Shown: positions 1 to 10,454, numbered from the whole stretch's first letter. The stretch: 63,761 nt of DNA, filler included, from Aduncisulcus paluster (GCA_024181965.1; 5 parts of 5 records of this genome joined end to end with filler, not necessarily neighbours in it); one strand, 5' to 3'. The notes: a model not told the origin generated them from the sequence alone. A program made the numbers and translations.

Positions 1-2
1 GA

Positions 3-398
3 AAGATTATTGTTGATACCTATGGAGGACATGCCCCTCATGGTGGAGGTGCCTTCTCAGGAAAAGATTTTACTAAAGTTGATCGGAGTGCTGCTTATGC
101 TCTTCGTTATATTGCCAAGAGTCTTGTTGCTGCTAAACTCTGCCACAGATGTTGCATTCAAGTATCGTATGGAATTGGAATTCCAAGGCCCACAAGCATA
201 TATGTCAATGATTTTGGAACCTCTACGTGTGGAAGAGAAGAATTGAAGAAGATTGTCCTTGATAACTTTGACCTGAGACCTGGTATTATCGTGAAAGAAC
301 TTGGTTTAGACAGGCCAATCTATGCAAAGACTGCCAGTGGTGGTCACTTTGGTCGTTCTGAATTCCCATGGGAGAAGGTTAAAGAGCTTAAGTATTAA
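3..398 (+). CDS. MAT: S-adenosylmethionine synthetase (methionine adenosyltransferase), C-terminal part, 5' truncated by window edge
   Basis: Frame from nt 3 reads [44 protein letters not shown]...[37 protein letters not shown], stop TAA at 396-398. Contains the MAT signature GGGAFSGKD. Not in the ORF track because it has no start codon. Confidence 0.98.
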   Translation, partial: KIIVDTYGGHAPHGGGAFSGKDFTKVDRSAAYALRYIAKSLVAAKLCHRCCIQVSYGIGIPRPTSIYVNDFGTSTCGREELKKIVLDNFDLRPGIIVKELGLDRPIYAKTASGGHFGRSEFPWEKVKELKY

Positions 399-450
399 AT
401 AAATTAGTAATCCGTGTCGCAAGAATGCTTTCATTGGGGGGATAAATCGA

Positions 451-560
451 GATACCCAGTAGATATATGTCCGCTATACATCGGATGGATTGGTCCGACC
501 AGTGGTGGAGGGGTATGGTGAGTCTACACAACAACTACTCTCCAGAGTCTACTCAGTATC
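451..560. ncRNA. Candidate structured RNA (four-way junction) between MAT and the convergent gene
   Basis: Outer stem 451-463/548-560 (11 of 13 Watson-Crick) encloses hairpins at 463-481, 481-498 and 506-544. GC-richer than the flanking intergenic DNA. Confidence 0.4.
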
Positions 561-605
561 AAGACAGTGCAACGATTGAAGGGATATACTCATCACATAT
601 CTATA

Positions 606-2591
606 TTATTTTTCTAGACCTGCATACCAATCGCTCAAATCACTCATTACTGCAAAAAGCTTCGCAACATGACGAGTTAGTTCTTTTCGGTGGCATATAT
701 TTATGAATGCTCGCATCACTTCCATAAATTCTCTCACTAATTCAGCAACACGGGCACTAATCTGAGAGAATTCCTTCTCTCTCTTCCTTGCTTCTTCAGC
801 GGAAGAATACAAATCACTTATCTTATCAGCTTCGATACAAAAATCTACATAATCCCCAACAATCATCCCGAAAGTAACAATAACAGCACATAAATTCAAT
901 ATACAAATACGAATATCAAGATCTGCCGATCCAAGGAAACATGCATTATTGCTGATATTCAGAAACCATCGATTAAGGTTCTCTTTCATCAAAACCTCAT
1001 TTTCACGATCAATGCTCCGAGAAAGAGTCTTATAGAGCATGGAATCGGTTGATTCCTTAATATTTCCACACATGGCTTCCTGAAGGGCAGAGATTGCACT
1101 ACACATGGCCGAAGACATCGCCACGGTTTTCTTTATGCGTTTTGATGAGAACTTGCATGCTCTAGCACCAACAAGGATATTACGGTGTGCATGGGTTACA
1201 ATGCAATGTGTCAAAGCGATGTGGAGGAGGATAATGTTAACATAGTTTAAAGAGGAGATAAGGGAGGGTGTAAAAAGAGAGTAGAGGGGAGAAGGAATGG
1301 AGAGAGAGAGAAGAAATGACGTAGAATGCTCCAAACATGCAAATCCAACCCAACATAGAGGAGATAAGGGTGGAAGAATGCATGAAGGTTTTGGAGGTTC
1401 CTTGGAGGCTTCTGTAACTTCGTGTGGGAGTTTCTTCTTTAATTTGAAACATGCATAAGGGGAATATATTCGTTCAAGACGTTTTGTTTTGTCCGTGCTC
1501 GCACTGAGAGTCACTAACTCAGTTTCCACAGGCTCAAATCTGGCTTCTTCGAGAGCAGTTTTCAAAGAATATTGATGGGGCCGGTATTTGGCAAGATATC
1601 TTGAGTATGATGATGCGAATACAGAATCATTTAATAAAATAACCTTGAGAACAAGGTCTAAATATAGAATAATGGGAGCTTTTGACATTGATATTGGGGA
1701 ACTCACAATATCAAGGATTGTTGGAGGACAACTAAGGTGCGATAATATTTTATCGAGCTTTGACGGATCGAAATAAGATAAAATTTTGTCTCTTGATCCT
1801 TGATTTCGACCTTTTTTTGTACGCTTTCGATTCCCCTTTGAATGTTTTTTTGGAATAATATCGAGGGAAGAATTGAGAATTCCGCCATGATCTGCCATAA
1901 AATAAAACGAAGAACATGGGGATAAATGCTTTAATGGATGTTTTTGGTGTTCGTATTCAGCGAAGATTTGTTTTAATTCGAAGATGTAATCATTCTTATC
2001 CTCCTCCTCAAGGGATTCAATGTTAACCAACGGATAACGTTTTGAAGCGTCAATAGAGGATCGAGGCGATGAAATGGGAGAGACATTGGAATCTTCAATG
2101 TCCTTATCCTTTATAGGAATATCAACTTCTCCATCGGGGATAATAATGTCACTTATTTGTTCCGATTGTAGCATTTCGTCACTGTGAATTTCTTTGGAAG
2201 GAGATGAAATAATTTTGGGGGAAGAAGAACTAGATTTATATTCATAATCTTCGTCATGTTCAGAGGATGAGTATTTATGATCCCTAATTTTAGAATCATC
2301 AGGTTTATGAATTACTTCCTCAGCTTCATAACTAGATTCACTAATATCGATACCATAACGCTTGAGAAGTGCTTCTTTTTCTTTTATAATATCTGTCTTT
2401 GAAAAAGGAAGTGTTTCAAATGTTTGATGAAATTCCGAGGACCTAGAATATTCAATATCTTCGTGATCTTCCATAAATTCTTGCTTTTCATGTTTCCGGT
2501 ATGATGGTGTAGCTTGCCTCCTTTTTTCCCTCTTTCTCTCCTTTTTAACATCTTTTATCGTTTCTGCAATTATAATCTTGTTACTTCTCAT
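606..2591 (-). CDS. Hypothetical protein, 661 aa (charged, Ser-rich N-terminus; helical C-terminus)
   Basis: Long ATG-initiated ORF. No motif recognised. Confidence 0.85.
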   Translation of the reverse strand: MRSNKIIIAETIKDVKKERKREKRRQATPSYRKHEKQEFMEDHEDIEYSRSSEFHQTFETLPFSKTDIIKEKEALLKRYGIDISESSYEAEEVIHKPDDSKIRDHKYSSSEHDEDYEYKSSSSSPKIISSPSKEIHSDEMLQSEQISDIIIPDGEVDIPIKDKDIEDSNVSPISSPRSSIDASKRYPLVNIESLEEEDKNDYIFELKQIFAEYEHQKHPLKHLSPCSSFYFMADHGGILNSSLDIIPKKHSKGNRKRTKKGRNQGSRDKILSYFDPSKLDKILSHLSCPPTILDIVSSPISMSKAPIILYLDLVLKVILLNDSVFASSYSRYLAKYRPHQYSLKTALEEARFEPVETELVTLSASTDKTKRLERIYSPYACFKLKKKLPHEVTEASKEPPKPSCILPPLSPLCWVGFACLEHSTSFLLSLSIPSPLYSLFTPSLISSLNYVNIILLHIALTHCIVTHAHRNILVGARACKFSSKRIKKTVAMSSAMCSAISALQEAMCGNIKESTDSMLYKTLSRSIDRENEVLMKENLNRWFLNISNNACFLGSADLDIRICILNLCAVIVTFGMIVGDYVDFCIEADKISDLYSSAEEARKREKEFSQISARVAELVREFMEVMRAFINICHRKELTRHVAKLFAVMSDLSDWYAGLEK

Positions 2592-2762
2592 TGGTTTTCG
2601 TCGAGAAAATGGAGTTTAAAGAATTAAGAATGAGTGGAAGGCAGTTTTATTATAAAAAATAAAAAAATGTATCCATATAATGAAAATTTGACTTAAATAT
2701 TGGATTTGAATCAACTCCAACCCTACAGCAATTTTGGCATTTTTTGGAAAAGACATCGAATA

Positions 2763-3027
2763 ATGGTATGTTAATTTCACCAGTTTCTTTCTTCTTTTTG
2801 TTCTATTATTGATATCCTTTGCTTTTTTCACTTTGATTTTTACAAAATTACTTTTCTCATCAAATCCATGATTACAGGCCCCAAAACATCCTCAAAGAAA
2901 TAATACGGTTCAAGAAGGTCTTGGAAAGAAAGTATCTCCCGGAAATGTTGTAGCTATCGGAATTGGTATCATTGTTGTCGTTTATTTACTACATCTCGTC
3001 ACCAGCCTCATTTCCAAGGCCAAGTGA
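2763..3027 (+). CDS. SEC61B: Sec61 beta subunit-like tail-anchored protein, 50 aa; join(2763..2765,2878..3027)
   Basis: ATG|GTATGT donor at 2766 and TTACAG acceptor at 2877. Spliced product MAPKHPQRNNTVQEGLGKKVSPGNVVAIGIGIIVVVYLLHLVTSLISKAK matches the Sec61-beta pattern G-x-K-V-x-P-x-x-V + TM + LH. Confidence 0.8.
2766..2877 (+). other. Spliceosomal intron (112 nt) directly after the start codon
   Basis: GTATGT...TTACAG, pyrimidine-rich. An in-frame TGA lies just upstream of the acceptor, so splicing is needed to give the ORF a start codon. Confidence 0.8.
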
Positions 3028-3278
3028 ATCTATTAGTATAATTTGCTTAATAAATCGCTTTTATGGCTATCATTGAAATTTATTTCCTGGCAATCTAGTT
3101 TTATCGAGTTTTGGCTAAAGTGCACTCTATTTTCATAAATAGGAACACCTAGCATAGTTGAGCAACAAATTCTCAAAGATCATAAGGGAATTAACAACTT
3201 TATTATTATCAAAAATGACATTATAGGTCATTTCATGCAGAACAAAATTAAATAGCAATCTATCTCAAAAAAAGATGC

Positions 3279-3593
3279 TTACACTTTACACACAGAACCA
3301 ACAATCATATCAATTAAAGAATCTTTCTTAACTTCAAAACAGTCTCTAAGGAGTTCCATTTTTTTAGTTACTGAAGATTGCAAGGATTCTTTTTGTTCTT
3401 TCAATTCATCTTCACCATGGTGGGCTTCTTGTTGGAATTCTGATTCCTTAGATTCCCTATATTTTTCAATTTCCTGCTTAGAAGCACTCTTGGCCTTTTC
3501 AAATAACAATTGACGTTGTTTACGGGCAGCTTCAATGACTGAAGTAGCTTCCCTCTCAGCTTTAAGAAGAATTTCAACAGTTTCTCCTGGCAT
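3279..3593 (-). CDS. VMA10: V-type proton ATPase subunit G
   Basis: 104 aa; ILLKAEREATSVIEAARKQRQLLFEKAKSASKQEIEKYRESKESEF is the V-ATPase G N-terminal pattern. Confidence 0.92.
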   Translation of the reverse strand: MPGETVEILLKAEREATSVIEAARKQRQLLFEKAKSASKQEIEKYRESKESEFQQEAHHGEDELKEQKESLQSSVTKKMELLRDCFEVKKDSLIDMIVGSVCKV

Positions 3594-3920
3594 TTTTAAG
3601 CAAATATATTAGATGTAGGCAAAGATCCGTGATTCTGTTGTCGTGACTCCAATGAATTGTCTGAAAACAATTTTTCAATAATATTATTAAAAAAATAGTA
3701 TTTATGCAAAAAATAACAATTTATTTCACCTGAGCAGACTTAGAATGGCTCTGGAGAAATAAAAGGTTCTCATTCTCAACAAGATCGATTCATCACGAAG
3801 TAAATTTGAGAAAAACAATTTATTTTCAATGATTAATTTGATTATTTCTTTCCCAAGAAAGGCATTACCTCACCTGTCAATCAGAATTTATTATTGTATT
3901 TTGTTGGGCTGTATAGCATT

Positions 3921-5351
3921 ATGAGCGATGAAGAAATCTGCCAAATTTGCTGTGAAACATTAAGTGCCGATGAAAAGTGTTTTTATCCATGCCCCTGTCG
4001 GTTTCAATTGTGTGGATTTTGTTTACATCGAATACGTGTCGAATATGATAACAAATGTCCTCATTGCAGAGAAGAATATAAAGAGGATAATTTTGTTACA
4101 GAGCAGCCACCTGAACGTCCTGCCAAACCAACACAACCTGATAGCAAACCTAAACCCCCACAAACCCCTCAAATTGTTGAAGGAATAACCTTGACTCAAA
4201 CAGAATTATTAGAATGCCGCATTGTACAAATGCATTTAGTTCATATTTCATGCTTACCTCCAACCATAACCCAGAAAGAATTACGAAAAGATAATCTCCT
4301 TGGTAAATATGGGGAAATTGAGAAAATAGTTCTTAGACCCGTTAGATCCGGAGATACATATTCAGCTTATGTTACATTTAAGTCAAATAGATCAGCAGAA
4401 GCATGCATTGTTAGTCTTGACCACTTTTGGTTTGGTGGGCGAAAACTTAGAGCTCTCTTCGGAACCACAAAACTCTGTCAAAATTTTGTCCGTGGTATAT
4501 CTTGTGGCAATATGGAATGTACATATCTCCATCGTGGCCTGATAAAGGGAGAAAAACTTCTCCAAGGCCCTCAACTCCAAACGAATGCTGGTTTCCGTGA
4601 AAGAACTCATCCAAGTGTGCGTAAAAGGATGGAATATTGTTTGAATGGAGATATGAAACAAACCTCTGAGTTTCCCACAGTTGATGATGCTGCGAATAAT
4701 GAAGAAAGTGTCCGGAGTCGAAGATATCATTCATCTTATAGTGGAAGTTACCACCCATCCCATTACCAACATCATGGTGCTGGAGCTCCTCCTCATCCTC
4801 CAACGTCCTCTACCCATCACCGACACCAACATGTTCACAAAGGATCCTCATCATCAACCTCCATAACGACCTCCTCGGCTTCTTCTTCATATATGCCTGG
4901 GTCAAGGTCTTCCACGCCTTCCTCTAGTTCGAGCTCAAGATCGAGTAGTTCTTCCCAGATATCATCTGCACAGAGACCTTCTTCTTCCTCCTCATCCTCA
5001 AGCTTTTCTTCTGATTTCCCTCATCTTAGTAGTACTCATTCAAGGAGTAAGAAAGAGACAAGAAATCAAATTTCAACGGGAGATAGTATTGATTCCATGG
5101 AAGATGAGAAAATGGAGGCTGTATCTTTGGACCACACAGAGGATACATCGACCCAATCGGAGTCATCATCTTCTACATCTTCCCCACCCGTTCCTCAGGC
5201 ACATCCTTTGCTTTTACACGCTCTAATGTACGAAAGAACTCCATATGTTCTTAGAGCTTCACCAAAATCAACTCCTTCCCATGCTGGTGAAATATGTAAG
5301 AATATGCTTGGAAGTCTAGGAATTATAATCGAAAGTAACTATTACGTCTAA
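3921..5351 (+). CDS. CNOT4: CCR4-NOT E3 ubiquitin ligase Not4/CNOT4
   Basis: C4C4-type RING (CQICCE...FYPCPCRFQLCGFC...CPHCR), RRM (LVHISCLP...GKYGEIEKIV...SAYVTF...LRALFGTTKLC), CCCH finger (C..F.RG..C.N.EC.YLH) and Ser-rich tail. ATG at 3921. Confidence 0.95.
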   Translation: MSDEEICQICCETLSADEKCFYPCPCRFQLCGFCLHRIRVEYDNKCPHCREEYKEDNFVTEQPPERPAKPTQPDSKPKPPQTPQIVEGITLTQTELLECRIVQMHLVHISCLPPTITQKELRKDNLLGKYGEIEKIVLRPVRSGDTYSAYVTFKSNRSAEACIVSLDHFWFGGRKLRALFGTTKLCQNFVRGISCGNMECTYLHRGLIKGEKLLQGPQLQTNAGFRERTHPSVRKRMEYCLNGDMKQTSEFPTVDDAANNEESVRSRRYHSSYSGSYHPSHYQHHGAGAPPHPPTSSTHHRHQHVHKGSSSSTSITTSSASSSYMPGSRSSTPSSSSSSRSSSSSQISSAQRPSSSSSSSSFSSDFPHLSSTHSRSKKETRNQISTGDSIDSMEDEKMEAVSLDHTEDTSTQSESSSSTSSPPVPQAHPLLLHALMYERTPYVLRASPKSTPSHAGEICKNMLGSLGIIIESNYYV

Positions 5352-5646
5352 TTATTAATTTATAATCAATAAAAGTTCATTTTTTTAATTGTCGAATCTA
5401 TCTAATAGTTTTTGAAAACTTTTTTCTTTTTTTTTTCCGAAGGAGGTTACTCCGGAGTAATTTCACGCCCGTAAGTCACTTATAAGACCGAGATCAGAGA
5501 GAACAATGGTGCATTTCATAGAATCGGGATGAAGACGACAAGGAAATTGGCAGGCAAAATATTCCTGTGAATAAGGCTTCAAGCCTGTTGGTTAGGCCTT
5601 ACACAATTTTATTCAAATTGATATACAATTATTCGAGCTAACTAAT

Positions 5647-5842
5647 TTAAATATCCAAAGGATCAAAATCACTTCCATAAAATTCATACGCTAATTCAAG
5701 ACTAGCTTTTTCTGCAAGTTCAACATCGTCAACAATGCATCCAGAATCACCTTTATGCCTGGCAAGCTGAGCCTTCACAATATCCTCAATGGATGGACAT
5801 TCCCATCCTTCTCCAATCTTTGGAAGAAAAGGTTTGATGGAT
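5647..5842 (-). pseudogene. Orphan fragment of the local kinase family (post-kinase segment)
   Basis: 5762-5843 is nearly identical to 15908-15989. Minus strand reads SIKPFLPKIGEGWECPSIEDIVKAQLARHKG...FDPLDI*, preceded by TAA where the intact gene has CAA. Confidence 0.8.
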
Positions 5843-6805
5843 TATGGGGATCTCTTGCCTGTTCTGATCGGGGTAATTTGGTATGTCTGGATGATAGTGT
5901 GCGTTTGGTGAGTATGTTCGAGCCCAATGCTGTTTTACGAGTAACTTTATCCAAGAATGATCCTTCAGAAATCATTAGGTGCTGCGGGGAAGAAAAGGAA
6001 GACAACTATCCGCCAAGAATGGTTCAAGCTCAACGGCTTCTCATAACAAGGCAATTCAATTTCCCGATGATGTTCTTGGCGATGGATTTTTTGCCAGTAA
6101 TCTCTCTTCCGTGCGGGTTGAAGATCTTAAAAAAGAATATTATAAGGCTTTCCATGAGTCACATCTTGGGAATCTTGACAAATTGACTGATAGAGGAGGC
6201 ATTATTAGCTACATAATTCCCTTAAAGGTTAGCGTGGAATCCTTCTTCGATGCCTTCGTAGTCTTGAAAGAGAGGGAGTGATCGTGAAGACATGGTATGG
6301 TTATCTAACTCCGAAAATTTTTTATCCTCTTTATCAGAAAGCGATTTAATAAACATAAAAATGCATTTCCTATTGGAGGTAATGGTGGAGGAGGTACCAT
6401 CGGAGATTCCTTGTAGGTTCGAGATACGACCATCAAAGAGTTCTCTAACATGAGGGTACTTCTCATATATATGAACAAGGACTTTTAAAGCAACGTTCTT
6501 GGTCGGAACATTGTTGTTAATATCTCCAACTTGGAACTTCAAGGAAGTTCCTTTGAGAATCAAGAGAAACCAAGACCCCAAGATCAGTTAGAAGGTTGGA
6601 GATGGAACTATCAGAAAATAACTCAAGGCGACTCAATATCGCCTATTTCAATGAGCTCTGCGCAGCTTCAGGCTGCCTGAATCAGGCATTTAGAAAAAAG
6701 GTGTGCTGAAACCTAGAAACAAATAAAACTATTATGTAATTAGGTAACTAGAGCAAAAAAGCAATACAAAATCAAAAAGAAAACTAAAATTTGTATGGTG
6801 AGCCT

Positions 6806-6860
6806 TCGATCCGGATTCACAATTTTTTTTTTTGACTCGGTCGATCCGGATTCACAATTT
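6806..6860 (+). promoter_or_regulatory. 20-bp direct repeat TCGATCCGGATTCACAATTT x2 upstream of the EH-domain gene
   Basis: Exact copies at 6806-6825 and 6841-6860, about 20 nt before ATG 6881. Core ATCCGGAT is palindromic. Regulatory role is inferred. Confidence 0.4.
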
Positions 6861-6880
6861 GTGACCAGAAAATTATATTG

Positions 6881-7499
6881 ATGTCTTCCATAAAGGTAAA
6901 ATCAAAACCTTCAAGTCCTGCTCCTCTTCCAGAATCAGCCATCATTAAAGTGAAGTCTTGGTTTAAGGAAAGTTCTCTAAAAGCCCCTTCTGGTGAATTA
7001 CGAGCTCCAACGAAGGCTTCAGTTCAATTTTTAGCAAGGAGTGGTGTTGATAATCGGATTCTTGGAGAAATTTGGAATTCCATCGTTCAATTTGATTCAA
7101 CAAAATGCGTATATGGTTTAACTTTGCCTCAAGTATCCGCTTTTCTTCGTATTATTGGTTCTTATCGATCCACCCAGATCGTTGTTCGTGAAAAATCAAT
7201 AGTAGATTTAATTTTGAAAGAAGAGGTAGAAACGCATAAACCTAAGCCCAAACCCTCTCTCAAATCGGATATTGATAGTATTTTCTCCCCGTCATCTGAA
7301 GTATCACCTTCCTCGACAGATCCAATCTCCTTCCCTTCTTCCACTTCCCAAACTGATAACAAGGAAAAATCTGTCTCAAATTCTGGCCTCCCATTTTCTC
7401 ATGAGCCCGAGGCTTTACTTCCATCTCTCCCAACTCCAGAGCTGATTCCACCCAGCCAATCTATTATCGATAAATCTCATATATCATCAATTGAAGCTA
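6881..7499 (+). CDS. EH (Eps15-homology) domain protein, 5' part, runs into gap
   Basis: KASVQFLARSGVDNRILGEIWNSI...GLTLPQVSAFLRII matches the EH consensus (FL..SGL....L..IW......G.L...F). Confidence 0.7.
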
Positions 7500-8222
7500 N
7501 NNNNNNNNNNNNNNNNNNNCCATGTCAATGATAACAACAACTCATCAACAAATCACCATTACATTGCATCTTATGATATTCTTTCTAATTTTAGAGACAT
7601 AGAAAGCCGGATTATGGGCAATGTAAATAACAAAATGGACTCTTTAAAAGCTCCTGATCAGAGTTTGTGGTTGCTTGTAATCACTCTTTTCTTCTCAATT
7701 GCTATAATTATCCTCGTTATAATGATAATAGATATGAAATTCCAAATGAAAAAAATGAAGATATCAAAGAAGGCGAGTGAAATGTCCAATAAGAACGAAC
7801 ACGCGCTGAAAACTCTGCAAGGAGCGGCACAAAAACTTGAAAATAGAAAGAGATAAATCAGTAGCCAAAAAAATTTAGTCCTCATAAGAACTGAACATAG
7901 ATATGAATGGCACTTCCTTCCTATTGATTTGGATAACGTTGTATTGTGTGAGTTTGAAGGGAAAGGAATGTGGGTGGAGAAGAAGGGCAGTGGTGGAACG
8001 AGAATAGTCGACATTTCTGGATACACTCCCTTGTATTTACTATGCCCGAGGAAACCATTGCAGCCGAACGATTATCTCTACTTCCATGGAAATAATCCGA
8101 TAATACTGATATTTTCTGCAAAGAAGGACAATGTTATTTTATTCCCTTGCGTCTATCGCGTGTCAGTCTTCTCAGAAATAGTCGTTTGTCAGATGTCTGA
8201 TATGAATGCACATTAAGTATTG

Positions 8223-10158
8223 TTCTCTAAAAGCCCCTTCTGGTGAATTACGAGCTCCAACGAAGGCTTCAGTTCAATTTTTAGCAAGGAGTGGTGTTGA
8301 TAATCGGATTCTTGGAGAAATTTGGAATTCCATCGTTCAATTTGATTCAACAAAATGCGTATATGGTTTAACTTTGCCTCAAGTATCCGCTTTTCTTCGT
8401 ATTATTGGTTCTTATCGATCCACCCAGATCGTTGTTCGTGAAAAATCAATAGTAGATTTAATTTTGAAAGAAGAGGTAGAAACGCATAAACCTAAGCCCA
8501 AACCCTCTCTCAAATCGGATATTGATAGTATTTTCTCCCCGTCATCTGAAGTATCACCTCGACAGATCCAATCTCCTTCCCTTCTTCCACTTCCCAAACT
8601 GATAACAAGGAAAAATCTGTCTCAAATTCTGGCCTCCCATTTTCTCATGAGCCCGAGGCTTTACTTCCATCTCTCCCAACTCCAGAGCTGATTCCACCCA
8701 GCCAATCTATTATCGATAAATCTCATATATCATCAATTGAAGCTATTCAACGAGCTCACACGCGCCAGATTCAAGAGTATTCTCAGCTTGTTAAAGAGTC
8801 CCTCAAGGAACGTTCTGAAAATACTTATATTAAAGGGATTATTGTGCAAATGAAGGAAAGACAGGAGTTTTTAGACAAATTGATAGCATTTGAGCGTGAT
8901 TCTTTGGAAGAAGAGAGAAAAGCAAGGAAATCTCTTCAACTGAACAATTAGGTATCAACAGCGTCTCCTGAGTCTTGAACGCCAATTACAGCAACTGAGA
9001 GAACAAAGAAAGAGAGAGAGGGAGGAAGAGGAAAGTCGTCGCAAGGAATATTTTACTGCCCCTACTTCTGTGATTGAATTTGAAGAAGAAAAGTCTCCTC
9101 CTCCTCCTCCTACAAAGGATGATTTCCAAGCCAGCAGCCAATCAACAAATCAGACCATCTTCGACTCATCTGATGCAGCTATCACGAAGCCACCTGTGGA
9201 CAAAGCATTTGAAGATGCATTTGCAACACAAGACGATGCATTTGCAACACAAGAAGAAAACCCCAAGCACCAAGATGAATTGGATATCTTTGATGCTTTT
9301 AATCAACAAGAATCAGGAAACGACACGAAAGAGAAGAAGGCAGAAGACGAAGAGAAGGAAGAACCATTCGAATTTGAATTTGGAGAAGAGAATACGAAAG
9401 AGAAGAAGGCAGAAGACGGAGAAGAAGGAAGAACCATTCGAATTTGAATTTGGAGAAGAGAATACGAAAGAGAAGAAGGCAGAAGACGGAGAGAAGGAAG
9501 AACCATTCGAATTTGAATTTGGAGAAGAGAATACGAAAGAGAAGAAGGCAGAAGACGGAGAGAAGGAAGAACCATTCGAATTTGAATTTGGAGAAGAGAA
9601 TACGAAAGAGAAGAAGGCAGAAGACGGAGAGAAGGAAGAACCATTCGAATTTGAATTTGGAGAAGAGAATACGAAAGAGAAGAAGGCAGAAGACGGAGAG
9701 AAGGAAGAACCATTCGAATTTGAATTTGGAGAAGAGAATACGAAAGAGAAGAAGGCAGAAGACGGAGAGAAGGAAGAACCATTCGAATTTGAATTTGGAG
9801 AAGAGAATCAGGAAACGACACGAAAGAGAAGAATGCAGAAGACGAAGAGAAGGAAGAACCATTCGAATTTGAATTTGGAGAGGAAATTGAGGAGGTGAAA
9901 GAAGAGATAAATGAGTGTTTTGAGTTTGAAAAGGAGGCCGACAGACCTGTGCAAGAAACACCAACTGATCCTCGTTCTGCATCGAAGCCGTCTGGAGTTG
10001 GTAGTCTTGACGATGCATTCAGCTTTGGTGCGTCTGAATCTGCAACAAAGAATCCAGTTGATAATACCTTTGATGGTGCCTTCGGGGAGGCTTTTGATCA
10101 GATTCCAGTTAGTAATGAAAGTACCGAAACTGGTAAAGATTGGTTTGGGGTGTTTGAT
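8223..10158 (+). pseudogene. Second copy or continuation of the EH-domain adaptor, with frameshifts near 8559, 8947 and 9421 (pseudogene or consensus errors)
   Basis: 8223-8745 repeats 6973-7498 except for a 4-nt deletion. It continues as coiled coil, acidic repeats and DAF/FGEAF/WFGVF motifs to the scaffold end. Confidence 0.65.
9325..9881 (+). repeat. Coding minisatellite, 69-bp unit, about 8 copies (EEPFEFEFGEENTKEKKAEDGEK)
   Basis: ATTCGAATTTGAATTTGGAGAAGAGAATACGAAAGAGAAGAAGGCAGAAGACGGAGAGAAGGAAGAACC repeated almost exactly. Confidence 0.95.
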
Positions 10159-10258
10159 NNNNNNNNNNNNNNNNNNNNNNNNNNNNNNNNNNNNNNNNNN
10201 NNTTAATTAATTAANNNNNNNNNNNNNNNNNNNNNNNNNNNNNNNNNNNNNNNNNNNN
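10159..10258. other. Artificial scaffold-joining linker N44-TTAATTAATTAA-N44
   Basis: Six-frame stop linker flanked by Ns. Confidence 0.97.
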
Positions 10259-10454
10259 AGTGGTTATATTTGTCAATTGTCTTAATAAATCTAATAGAAT
10301 TATTCGATAATAAAAAAACAAGTTGTTTATTCAAGGTCTTCAAATGAAGATTCTTCAACACCGGAAGGCAACAGTGGGCCAGAGCGAGAGTCAACTTGGC
10401 CAGAAGAATCGGATCCCTGGGATATAAGAGTGAGGCTACCCTGGGGACTCCCCA

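Noticed and set aside
10..246. Track ORFs 10..246 and 467..706 as genes
   Set aside because: The first is out of frame within MAT. The second overlaps the structured element and the convergent gene end and has no protein features.
5591..5660. Possible intron GTTAGG...GCTAAC...AAAG
   Set aside because: Splicing gives no extended ORF, and the acceptor overlaps the minus-strand kinase relic.
9325..9881. CRISPR-like array
   Set aside because: Contiguous identical 69-bp units with no unique spacers, in-frame coding, no cas genes, eukaryotic context.
10203..10214. Recurring TTAATTAATTAA (also 34161, 46762, 60644) as a biological motif or piggyBac TTAA site
   Set aside because: Always centred in 44+44 Ns, so it is an artificial linker. 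Synteny across these points is meaningless.
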